The notes beneath the pieces were generated by a model. That model was not told the origin of the DNA, made no database searches, and saw only the letters and a program-made list of their open reading frames with translations. A stretch of 64,000 nucleotides of DNA from positions 133,858,001-133,922,000 of the forward strand of contig OZ296650.1 in assembly GCA_965655095.1 (NCBI GenBank), in the 5' to 3' direction. This DNA comes from Haplodiscus bocki (Eukaryota). Every line of letters begins with the position of its first letter. Position 1 is the first letter of the stretch. Below are positions 38,601 to 47,427 of this stretch, piece after piece. The translations under genes and the position numbers were made by a program.

Positions 38601-39924
38601 CCGAAGTAATATCCCAACGGCGTTGAGAGCTCAAGCGAATGCTACTAATGCCTGAATAATTACCGACAGCTTTCAGCAACTGGAAAGTGTGACTAGCGTA
38701 ATTCGCTTTGGCATTCTTCAAAATACGCAAATTTGGAGCAACAAATGCTAATCTGTCGTTGGTAGGAACACTGAGACGTCCCAGAGACGGGTGTGCAGGC
38801 GGGTGAAGATACTGCAGGTGAGACCCATTGTTATGCTGCACACAAGTTCCGATAACAAGGCCATATGCCCCATTAACACTGACAAAGCCGGAAACATCAA
38901 ACGCATCCAAAACTTTCATTGGTTTCAACCAATCGTCTCTTGCACCTCGCAAATGGTACAAGTAATCAGAGCTGAACGATGTGAATGAAGGCAAAATCCC
39001 ATTTACAAGGTGGTTGAAACCGATTCGACCTGTTTCTTCAACAAATGTGAAACAACCGAAGGGACATCTACAATTTGGATAACATTCATTATCTAAGGCT
39101 TCCTCCAAATCAGTGAAATTACCCGAATTTATTTTGTCCAGAAAAACTTCCTTCCGTTTTGTTATATCAACTAGAACAGATGGATCACCCATAGAAACAG
39201 CAGGATGCAGATGTTGACACATAGCCCAACTGTCGCGTATTTCGGGAGGTAAAAAAGAAACAAATTTTTTCATAGTACAATCTCGAATGCTGAGATCCTT
39301 CAGTAACGAATGAATCACGGAAGGCCAAGCGTACCGCCAACAATTTCCGCCATTATTGTAATTGAAACAACTTTGGCAGACCAGACAGGTAGCAGTAGGT
39401 CGCAAACCAAATCTCCTTCGTTTGATTGCTGTTTTTTCAAGAGTTTGCCATTGCAAAGGATAAGCAGGAGTTGAAATTCGACAACATTTACCGCACATTT
39501 CTCTGTTTTGTGCTTTGTCGGCTGAAAAAGTGGACGTCAAAACACAATTGTCACTCGAGGCATCCTCATTACGACAGGCGTTATCTTTCTTCATAATCAT
39601 TGTGGCTGTGCCATTGTGTGCGGATTGCGTGGATTGAATCTCCTGAGGCAGGGCATTGAAGCAAACACCTGGGCTCAACGGGTCACACTTAGAACCATTT
39701 TCTTCACATTCAATTGTCGCTAGGCTTAAACAACTGTTGCTGGGCAACAAAAGGTCGTTGTGCATACCGCCCAATCCAACAGAGGGTGATGTGAGGCCTT
39801 CATCGCACAAATGAGGCAAAACTTTAAATTCAGAACAGGCACTACCTTTTGGATCAGAAGTGTTCGCATGAAATGACATTGCATTGTGATGCCGTATCTG
39901 GGAATGAACTCTGGACGCAACCAT
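32677..39924 (-). CDS. Helitron-like RepHel transposase with C-terminal SLX1-type GIY-YIG nuclease (2415 aa; OTU lost by frameshift)
   Basis: Uninterrupted ORF with Rep motif 1 PATYFFTYTC, motif 2 EFQ..PHVHALIW, motif 3 YLSKY, PIF1 helicase motifs and GIY-YIG. Confidence 0.92.
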   Translation of the reverse strand: MVASRVHSQIRHHNAMSFHANTSDPKGSACSEFKVLPHLCDEGLTSPSVGLGGMHNDLLLPSNSCLSLATIECEENGSKCDPLSPGVCFNALPQEIQSTQSAHNGTATMIMKKDNACRNEDASSDNCVLTSTFSADKAQNREMCGKCCRISTPAYPLQWQTLEKTAIKRRRFGLRPTATCLVCQSCFNYNNGGNCWRYAWPSVIHSLLKDLSIRDCTMKKFVSFLPPEIRDSWAMCQHLHPAVSMGDPSVLVDITKRKEVFLDKINSGNFTDLEEALDNECYPNCRCPFGCFTFVEETGRIGFNHLVNGILPSFTSFSSDYLYHLRGARDDWLKPMKVLDAFDVSGFVSVNGAYGLVIGTCVQHNNGSHLQYLHPPAHPSLGRLSVPTNDRLAFVAPNLRILKNAKANYASHTFQLLKAVGNYSGISSIRLSSQRRWDITSDLLVKAESQCSFYRSDIQYFLNSLVSSGETTDEIRQGIQSKPNIEQSAASLSASTSVSITDTYRLFSSPGLTDGQRLCAKFKSVTFAQPPNSFGSSPPKILSCKTHFLSLLQTLFCISPQLCRSISDSAGVDNAIFPLLQFLDPVIFPRFRRCTRKTVDASMSDGLSKLFTRFPESPSRCLSFGVSQFCDDVIHENVASRQDIWHFLEAQEFEGVNVILFSYAGVNTLRSKFKAPLNFQTAQSVFELKFIATEGLATRNNILLRHGGVFQSFWVYKSKSIFPEQVRLPCDRAVDHFINDYWNICVYYRQTFADISELRSKYFETLAGQGKFFCKKHSLLLTRDFPSSGFKCSCGRSSFLRCPVSGCLASVCRMHSEDESQEKHFVFDGKKRIFGESTKNSACGSSQLDDCSYSRVSVDSENRSTSPTNTVASSEFVTNPGLLEEDSEGSHVSLPVTTAAGDSTVVLERDFRIDSTDFQLPLHVLLNGQCGLLKRSKGSPLYVAARHKRFLENITATSPPNSVPLLQPEAMLFPSIFWHQNTDGSYSGAIPSPLYNDHKQNELLGFASLEQHLQTRLKDSSLLTSTDPRYVQYVFDTIFNLQLRVNDTRIVLNRGWSEAARQRKNVHAMREGAIFFDQCDSRKNVNELGAALKERPATYFFTYTCGQSTHPGLRKIFSALDAKFPKDVCKEEVRKSAIQSEMVTMLRAWERASRLVMKYIETSPEQPLGKVKKIWYRYEFQDEACGFPHVHALIWTAEDCFSEAVRSRICCSATTFLGNLLTEVGSHNYSLDELNELRDLFNRYQSHSCFKAKFRCQKKTDKLKRKTCRVPKYPPSANFTYKCIHKELSEETIAVLKNIGLAESSDFDCSVTIDQRLCGGKHHYPTESNTHTSPTNAKIFALVRSSTNLQICDIYMSSRYLSKYVADVEERAEVSISTSSATDLYDFHVDQQVNNKIAGVYLTNMSKEEKPKKKCLNSRILSLTESVWWSLRFPYVVTNIQFIHVVTAPREKRAGIVIEPKCRLSSSNQGPLFGRQSSIRHSKDFPPHRCFTVNQKLLIIDAEKSSLSPDKITVFGVRPPELTFVLKVENYFTWFCRFRKPSKLTPESLLKRNVTKSYWVDGLGYCIYLNALYKEAFFNYCRNFSSGVRRFSRQCHEAIACTTSSSSHKFIYDKKVCQTQVVLSNVVPRNTTNFLTHILLSLGEYVTELDIFSQSNMKSAFFEASLARSHLGCEDSEVIDVVRRFVLEQLRYYPGSSTLLDRFVTSAYLCIQQAAQNNSVVFPCSTPRVLEQSIVQQSDSNISHELNAQKESLLCAIANGGYGGLPTYAELMNATLARPFTWSQKIHKARNQTDESLHDQQNILDYVCSLYDNYCSCTTAFIKHQFIVGPPGTGKSHVLIHCVIAALARGLRCVITSVAAERASLFGGRHINALIPFPVVQNGTVTHLVSHALNTLARDPLKFTFLERLDVLFVEEVSMISAELWSAMDNVLQAVSENNLPFGGKIVICTGDFRQLPPPTGTFLLLSNSVLANFEVRYLKHYVRMQNQQGKRLLDLLSEYPVTEACIKECCEIIDKFCIFVSTWTEVPLDILRVFSTRVAEKEAVEERISFVTTHQNIQSVSFHCKDEMSNTGTQNWVTATAPVSKFLNRSCLEPESLFIHVGCVLRLTCNLPSLKLFQGQLCLVESFDENDPHIVVRVAPAGVRSVSSNNPDVNSWRLVVVRKRIGVLHKYSNSTVCRRVQFPLKMYVASTVHKIMGDTVPSLATQIVGGKKFSYWLKEQLYVVVSRVTDLSHITFVGDKQRTLDAINLLCRKDSHLVPLIDNFLSSRGSCNSGVSAIQTFYPFPLRVFDVPLSAIGYCYLLVSVKRRELFYIGSCKTLRRRLQEHNSGNGSAFTKPVERRPWALVAYVTGFSNAVSRSRYSFEQDWQRAMVNHKYSNVMLTLADYLSECHVLMDLYKVTGIETALECDCMQNF

Positions 39925-41002
39925 GAGGCAAACTTTGCTGTGAATTTGGATTTTCTGCCGACAACACTGCTACCGTTTCAAAATGGTTACCTGTATGAGT
40001 ATGTACGAGGAAGACAGATGGAACGTCCATTGAAGCACGATCTCCGGCATAGCTATAAACTATCCACAATTTTGTCATGCAATGGTAAACGTAAACATCA
40101 GCCACCGCAATTTGGGCGAAAGCATAGATCTCTACACAAGTGCCATACACACCATTCGATCTCATTCCGGAACGATTCAAATATTCGTTCACGTTTGAAG
40201 CTGTCTCTACCACAACATTTCCATCAATGGTTGTGTAAATTTCCAGAAAATGCGGAGCAATATCTACGGAGGGTAAAGCCAAACAAATACGCTGGCGTAG
40301 TTGTGAATGATACCAATATTGTGACCCAATTGACACCGCTAAAGCAGAGAACAAACAATTACCGTCACCTGGAACAGGATGAGTTTGTGATGGATGCAAA
40401 CTGTTCAAAGATTTGGCACCCAACAAGTGTGTGTTCAATGGTTTTGCCACAAACGGTATTCCAAACACAATGCAAATTCTCGTCAAATTAGCGGTTGTGC
40501 ATGAAAAAGCTGTTGAATTCGGCACGTTCGAGAAAAGACTCATGGTATTGAATGGCGCAGAAAACAGCGACCGATCAAAATAGTCTTCACCAACTGAGGC
40601 TTTTACCATGGATGATTGGAAACAGGAGCAGTCTTTGCTGCCATAAAAACGCCCACATGTTACGCATTTCCTGGGCTCTCTGCACAATTTCTTTTTTTTT
40701 GGCGGGCCAGGGTTGGTTTCTATACCACTTCTCAACAGAAACAAAAGTAACATTCTGCGAGTCATCGAAACCTCATCAGAATTGCCGATCCTCATAAACT
40801 GCAAGTGATCCTGAAGACACAAAGAGACACAAAATTCCCCAACGGTGACGTCTGAGCTGAAGACTTCTCCGACATTGTTCACATAAACAATTCCATCTTT
40901 TTCCAAAACTGTCCATAAAGAAGACCAAATCATCAACAAAGTTAAACAAAGTGAGTAAACCATTTTCTGAAAATGAGATTCGTCAAAACTCTGTACACCC
41001 AT
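39854..41002 (-). CDS. Leader-2A-OTU protease fragment, copy C, separated from RepHel by the 11-bp deletion
   Basis: 384-aa ORF containing GIETNPGP and the OTU Cys/His boxes. Confidence 0.75.
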   Translation of the reverse strand: MGVQSFDESHFQKMVYSLCLTLLMIWSSLWTVLEKDGIVYVNNVGEVFSSDVTVGEFCVSLCLQDHLQFMRIGNSDEVSMTRRMLLLFLLRSGIETNPGPPKKKKLCREPRKCVTCGRFYGSKDCSCFQSSMVKASVGEDYFDRSLFSAPFNTMSLFSNVPNSTAFSCTTANLTRICIVFGIPFVAKPLNTHLLGAKSLNSLHPSQTHPVPGDGNCLFSALAVSIGSQYWYHSQLRQRICLALPSVDIAPHFLEIYTTIDGNVVVETASNVNEYLNRSGMRSNGVYGTCVEIYAFAQIAVADVYVYHCMTKLWIVYSYAGDRASMDVPSVFLVHTHTGNHFETVAVLSAENPNSQQSLPHGCVQSSFPDTASQCNVISCEHF

Positions 41003-43496
41003 CAACACTCAGTGGCGGCGCCTACATCTATAAAACTCAGTCAATGAAGGCTTTGAAACAGCCACATGCGTTACAGAAAAATCTTCTATCGAAAGGAACT
41101 TCAAAAACAGTTGGATCATTTGAATTCAAAAGATTCACTGCATTGAATATTTGAAGTTCACCAGTTGAATTTTTAACTGTCTCTTCAGTGACTTTTCGTT
41201 TTTAATGCCGAAAATACCATGCTTGTGTGATTTCAGCAAGACTTGCAGTACTTGAAAAAATGATTAGTTAAATACGATTCAAATTCAAAACAATGAGGAC
41301 TGTTAGCGTTGTACACCAAACAAAACAAACTGCTGAGTAAGTATACTCTCAAAATATTCCTTGTCGAATGCCAAAGTGGTGCTTGTTGAACGCCAACCAT
41401 AAACTGACCAAAAAAATTAACAATTACATAACACACTCCAACTTACAAGGCATGAAAGAGGTTCAACTCTCGTAATGCAAACGTGGAAAGTTCCAACACT
41501 GCTGATTTCTACAAAAAAACATAACAAGGAAAACGAAAGAACCTCATAGATGCTCAGAACAATAATATAACAAACTTAAAATTTCTGGCAAACAATTGAA
41601 ATGGAATGCAAAACTTATTGCCAAAACTTTTATTTTTATTTTTCAAAATGAATGACACGTAATGGAAGCATCTATTGCATTCTACAACCAACAAAGAGCC
41701 CTGATCCAAGATATAATTTATGTATGCCATTATACTTGATGAGAAAAAATGTAGGATTATAAAATATAACTTACATAAGTAACGCCTAACTAGATTAAAT
41801 TTGAGTTTAGCTGAAAAAACTGTGTCATATGAGACAAAATACTGTCAAAGTGTCAACGACCACTTGTGTAGAAGCTGCGAAGCATTGTTAGCCGCATTTT
41901 ACGCGCAAAACGATCAATTCCAGCGTTTTTAGGCGCTTTTTACGCGCAAAGCGATCCTTTCCCGGGAAAATTTTTTTTTTCTCACAAAAATATCCGTCAT
42001 TTCCGTCATTTTTTTCCCGCATATCCGTCATTTTTTTTCGGCATTTCGATCGAAAATTTCTGGTTAACCGAAATCAATTGCCGGTTCAGTTTTGGCATCC
42101 TTAGCGAAGGCTAGCATACGAGAAAAAGTTGGTTTTGGCGATCAAAAATGACGGAATGACGCATTTTTTGCAAAAATTTACAAATTCATCAGCGCCTATC
42201 TCCCGAACAAAAAAAGCTGGGCCAAAAATTTTTGGCATGCAAATTGTTCAAATCATTTGTGCCTCACACACAAAATTTGGGCCAATTGTATCGGGTAGAT
42301 GTGGAACTAAAGCGATGAGAATTCAAAATCGGGACAAAAAACACGATCATTCCGTCATAACTCATCACGTTGTGAATGGAAAAAGTTTTTTCCCTCCTCC
42401 CCTTTCTCACCTCGCCATTTGAGGACCGCATGCAAATTATGAATAAATTCTATCGGGTAGGACCCGAGATCGGCTTCCCAGACCCCTAGTGCACCTAGAT
42501 GAAAATTTATCGACTAATATTTAACCTCGGCAACGGGACCCTACCCGGCCTCGGATTCTAAAAAGGTTACATCCCTGACCACCCAGGTCCAAAAATAACA
42601 ATTAAATTTTGAGAAGAAACATAAAACTCAAATCAGCTGTTTATGAAAAATTTCAAAGCTCCTACACGTTTTCCCATTTATAAATGTTCCTAAAAGATCG
42701 ATATGTCTACATAGCAAAACGAGGCTCACACACTGCAAAATTCGCTCAACCTTCTTTACTGTCTTATTTTAAACGAGAATTTCATCTCCGTTTAATCACT
42801 GCGACATTTTGAACAAAGACAACATAGACTTCTGTGAGCGTACCACTGACTTGGGACATCGAAATGACTTCACGGCTCATGCAAACTATAAATCGTTGCT
42901 ATTCACAGTGAATCTCTTTTAGAACTTTGAACACTTTCAAAGTATTTTCATTTGTTCCTCCAACTTTATGAGTAAACTATTTGAACACGAGGCAAATCGC
43001 GAACCAAAAGTTCCTATCTAATTTGAGTACGTTAAATTTATCAATATGTTGACAAATTGGAGCAAATATATCTTCTAATACTAATGATAGCATCATTATT
43101 GAGAGGCCACTGACTTAAGAAAATTACTTCCAAAGTGCTTTACTAACATTGAAAAGCGTAGTGAAAATTTCATAAAACCTTCAACGTGGATTATTGAAGT
43201 AAATCGAACTACTTTACAGAGAATAATGCAGGGTACTGCCATAACGAAACAAGATTTATTTAGGTGAGAGAAAAACAGTTGTTTGTTTCATTGTAAAGTT
43301 TGTGGAAAGAAGGTTTAAATGTAAAAGAGACCATGTAAAGTTGAGTTGCTAAGGCAACTGCGTTGAATTCATCGACGGCACTACAGAATAACAATAGATG
43401 TGAAACTTTCAAAAAGGAACATCCTTCTATATGTTCATTCTCATTCGACTTCAAAAAGCACATATCCGTAGGGGATTTTGAAAAATCCATAACAAA

Positions 43497-44489
43497 TCAA
43501 TCGTGCTGAACATTCGGGTTGGCATGCTGTAGTGGAGGTGGCCGATTGGGCGGTTGCCGAGCATTACCAATAGTGTACTTCAAGTTGTTCGGGATTACCG
43601 AAGCTGGCATAAGACGACAAATTCGCACATGATGAACAGCTTGAGTAATTGACTCATCACTGACACTGGATTTGCTGTAGCCAGATATTCTCCAACCACC
43701 ATTATCGTTGACATATGCTGTCACCCTAGTCATTGATTCACGCAACAGATTCAATTCAACCGAGCTAGCTGGCAATCGAAGAACGTCATTGCTGCAAAAG
43801 AACGATGCCAACTGATGACTTTGGGTCATGTCTCCGCTCAGGGGATCGTCCGCTTCTTCTTCCACGTCCCTAGAAATGATGCGTGCGGCGACAGTCCACG
43901 ACGAAACTGAATTCTTGTGTAAGCAAGCGCACACCGTTTCATTTCTGAGAATACGACGGTCGCACATACTTCCAGAACACGTAGGTGATATAATGTTTCC
44001 ATGCAAAAACAACAAATTTCTACTGTTGAGAGTGTAATGGAACATTGCGGGCGTGCTCGGTAGGGAAATAATTGGATTTGGCGGAAAATCCTCATTGCTT
44101 ACGTTATTGATAACAACGATCGCCTGATGAGTTTCAATAATCGGATTATTTTTGTCATTCCCTAAACACGTGTTCGAATATATAGGCTCTGTAACCTCTA
44201 CAACAGAACCAACAGTCAGATGACGATCCGAAAACAGTTTAGCAGACTTCTGCGCGGAAACTGAGATGACGACAAAACAATCTTTACTATTCCATTGACC
44301 AATAATAGCCATTCTGTCATATGTCCCTTCAGGAAGTGGTCGTTTCAATTTTGTAGCTTGAGGTCTAAACAACTGAAGTGGCCGATCACTTTTTTTCAGA
44401 ACCAAAACTATCCCCCTTATTACAGTGTTCTGGCTGTTGCGCAGGAAACCTTCGCCTGTAACTTCAGCAACAGTTACTTGTCTATTCAT
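43497..44489 (-). CDS. 330-aa putative OB-fold/Zn accessory protein (copy D)
   Basis: One substitution (I>N) relative to the other copies. Confidence 0.6.
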   Translation of the reverse strand: MNRQVTVAEVTGEGFLRNSQNTVIRGIVLVLKKSDRPLQLFRPQATKLKRPLPEGTYDRMAIIGQWNSKDCFVVISVSAQKSAKLFSDRHLTVGSVVEVTEPIYSNTCLGNDKNNPIIETHQAIVVINNVSNEDFPPNPIISLPSTPAMFHYTLNSRNLLFLHGNIISPTCSGSMCDRRILRNETVCACLHKNSVSSWTVAARIISRDVEEEADDPLSGDMTQSHQLASFFCSNDVLRLPASSVELNLLRESMTRVTAYVNDNGGWRISGYSKSSVSDESITQAVHHVRICRLMPASVIPNNLKYTIGNARQPPNRPPPLQHANPNVQHD

Positions 44490-45432
44490 TTCTTAAAAAA
44501 TGCAAAAGGATGTGTTTCAAACGAGGAAGTACACGATAAAAAACACAAGTCAAGATTTGCAGTCTGATTTCTCTCAAACGGAAAAACGCCCAATGAACAA
44601 AGAAAAATTTTTGATGAAAGAAAACTTTAGAAAATCCGTTTTTTTATTAAAGCCTAGCAACTCTTCAGTCCCGTCTATGGTACACTTTGTCTGGAATCAA
44701 CTGAATCTGCAGTCATTTATCGGGTGTGTCCTCAAAACAGTTTTCCACTCCAAGTCAAAAATTGGTCGCATACCGAAAACATATAAATTGAAACACAGAT
44801 AGTACATTAAACTGAATTTCCTCTGAACTATTTCTATTTCCAAAAACAAAACAATTTACAACAGATTCCAGTAAAAAAACCTGCATGCCAAAAGGATATA
44901 AACAAAATGCCAAAAAAGCGTTCAGCTTCAAATAACATCATCAAATGTAAAATCATAGTTCAACTAAATGAATGCAATATTGCCAATTCATTTTTTACAT
45001 TTAAAAACCATATGGCAGCACAAATAGTGCAATTAAACAATAACACCAAATCATGACAGAAATGACCGCATTACAAATATTCACGCGGTGTTAAAACACC
45101 GACGGACTTCCTAATCATCAAGTTATCTTCATGGAGCTCGCGGTAATTGATGCCTATGCCGATTCGTGAAACTCACATCTGTTTCTTTTGACCTGCAAGA
45201 AACAGATAATCTTGAAATAGTTCGCAGAGGACTTGCTTGTTTTCACGATGAATCGTGAAAACAAGCAAGTGCTGTTATTGAAGCATAAAAAACTCTCCAG
45301 TTAACTCTTCCAACTCCGGATTTGGTTACCAAAAACTTTAAACTATTGACACTGAGTAAAGTGAATATGTTATGCACGAAATTTGTATCTACTCACTTGG
45401 TTCGGATGTTAAATGCATCAACCGTGTAATCA

Positions 45433-46086
45433 CTAACGTTCCGGTTTTCTTTCAAAAATTGTGGCAAAAATATGTTGCTGCTTATCTTCGAAATTGTCAA
45501 TAAAACAGAAACCAAAAACTAAAACACTAACTTTGTTTCGGAGATTATTGCTTCTATTGCGGCACCGACGCAAAGTCAAATCCTGCAAACCATTGTTCAA
45601 CAGTGTTCTGGATAGCATATGATTCTCTAACAAGCTATTCAGGTGCAGATCGTTACTTTCATCAAGTAAAAGTTTGTACCGTTTTGATAGAATCGATTTC
45701 ATTTTCAAAAAAATAATTCCTGTTGGACAATTTTCCAAGAGCTCGTTTAAATTATGCGCTCCTGATCGTGGTAAGTAGGAAAAAGCCACGACATTGAATT
45801 TTCTCAAGTACGCCAGTTTACTGAAAAAAGCCTCAGGACTCATTGCCGGATTCTTCTTGCTTGACAAAGAGTTATTGACAGCATCATGCCAAATGATAAC
45901 CTTTCTTCCATTAGTGTTGCAGGAATTCGATTGAAGAAGATAACAAATGTTTTTTTCTGGTTGGTAGTTATTTAGCGAAGCACCAGAAATTGCACAAAAT
46001 TGTGACTTGAAAGGATCAAAGAGGTAAGGTTTCTCCTGAGCTGCCCAATAAAGGGAAGAGGCCGCCAAAACAAAATATTCAGACAT
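45433..46086 (-). CDS. SGNH-like accessory protein (copy D)
   Basis: Same protein as copy C. Confidence 0.55.
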   Translation of the reverse strand: MSEYFVLAASSLYWAAQEKPYLFDPFKSQFCAISGASLNNYQPEKNICYLLQSNSCNTNGRKVIIWHDAVNNSLSSKKNPAMSPEAFFSKLAYLRKFNVVAFSYLPRSGAHNLNELLENCPTGIIFLKMKSILSKRYKLLLDESNDLHLNSLLENHMLSRTLLNNGLQDLTLRRCRNRSNNLRNKVSVLVFGFCFIDNFEDKQQHIFATIFERKPER

Positions 46087-47427
46087 AACAACCGGAAACC
46101 GAAAGACAATGTATTATGAAAACAAACAAACGAACGAAACATACTTTATATTGTTTACTTTGCAATTAGAAAAACCTACTCAAACTCCAGAATCTCCTTT
46201 CATTCATGTCATTTGCTTATTAGAACAAAAACGAAGTCAAACAAAAATTCACAACGGTCACACAGCTACAGAGTCGTCAAAACGGTCAAAAATCAGAAAT
46301 GTTCTTTGAGGAAAGGAAATTTTATAAAAAATACAATAGCCACATACCCGAAGAATGAAAATCTCACTCAAACAACTCGATATGCACGAAATAAGAGCCC
46401 CTCTTTAATCGCTGCAAAGAAGTACATAGTGGTGAAACACTTCAATTCACAAAAGTAACGATAATAAAAAAGCTTCTCATAAAACAAATGATAGAGCGTT
46501 TAATGACTTGAAAGAAAAAGTGTTCACAGCTTCCGTAACAAGGAATATGGAATGGATTTGAAAGGTGCCGCGCTACAAATGAACTCCGCTGCTATCTCTT
46601 TATGTTTCCAGGCCAGTTTGTAGAACATGGGTTGCTGGACAACCAACTCATATACGTTCATCTAACAAACAACATTCTAATTGAGAACTTGCGTCGGCGG
46701 TTGCTGAGCAACCAGCAAAACAAAACATGAAAGCTAAATTGCCTCCGTCAGCTATAAAAAAAATAAATCATTATATGAGTCAGAATTAACATCTAAAACA
46801 GCTCACAGTCAGTGATACAATCACAAAACATAAACAGCAATGTCACATTGTAGAAACCCCGTCACATTCTCTTGCAGTTGACAATTTTTTCAATAAATTT
46901 CTGCACTGATTACCGAACAAAAAGTTAAACCCCTATAGCGTCTGAAATATTGGAAACAATCTCCCAAAAACATCAAAACAGCTCCTTCAGTGTAATTACA
47001 GACACATGTCAAAACAAATTATGGCGGAAAAGGATTGTATGATTCTTTCAATTACCGTGTGATATAATTGTGTACGTTATTCCATAAAGTATCATAGCAT
47101 AAAAGTTCGATCACGAATCTAAACAAAGTTACTCAGTGAGTCCAACGAAAAGGTGATAAAAATGAAAACGACATCCCGTTACAAAATTAATCTTCCAACT
47201 ATTACAACACATCCTCTTTTTCAAAGGTTGGCTCAAAACCAACAGCAAACAATGGCAAAGAATCAAATCAATCAACATGATTGGCTACAAAAATTATTTG
47301 CTGAAAAGTTGGTTTCGGACAAACCAATGTTCAAGAATACTTTTGAAATACAATCGGTTTTCTCGATGGCAGTTTTACAAAAGTCTAAATCGTTGTAGAC
47401 AATTACATATGAAAAATCAAATAAACA

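Larger units (their letters stand above)
27600..42586 (-). mobile_element. Helitron/Helentron-like element, copy C
   Basis: Unit containing the 2415-aa ORF. Its junction with copy D is removed by a 243-bp deletion. Confidence 0.88.

Noticed and set aside
1-39924. Exactly 30,000-bp offset between copies A and C
   Set aside because: It is the sum of 14995 and 15005. The copies differ by SNPs and the offset changes later, so this is coincidence rather than an artificial duplication.
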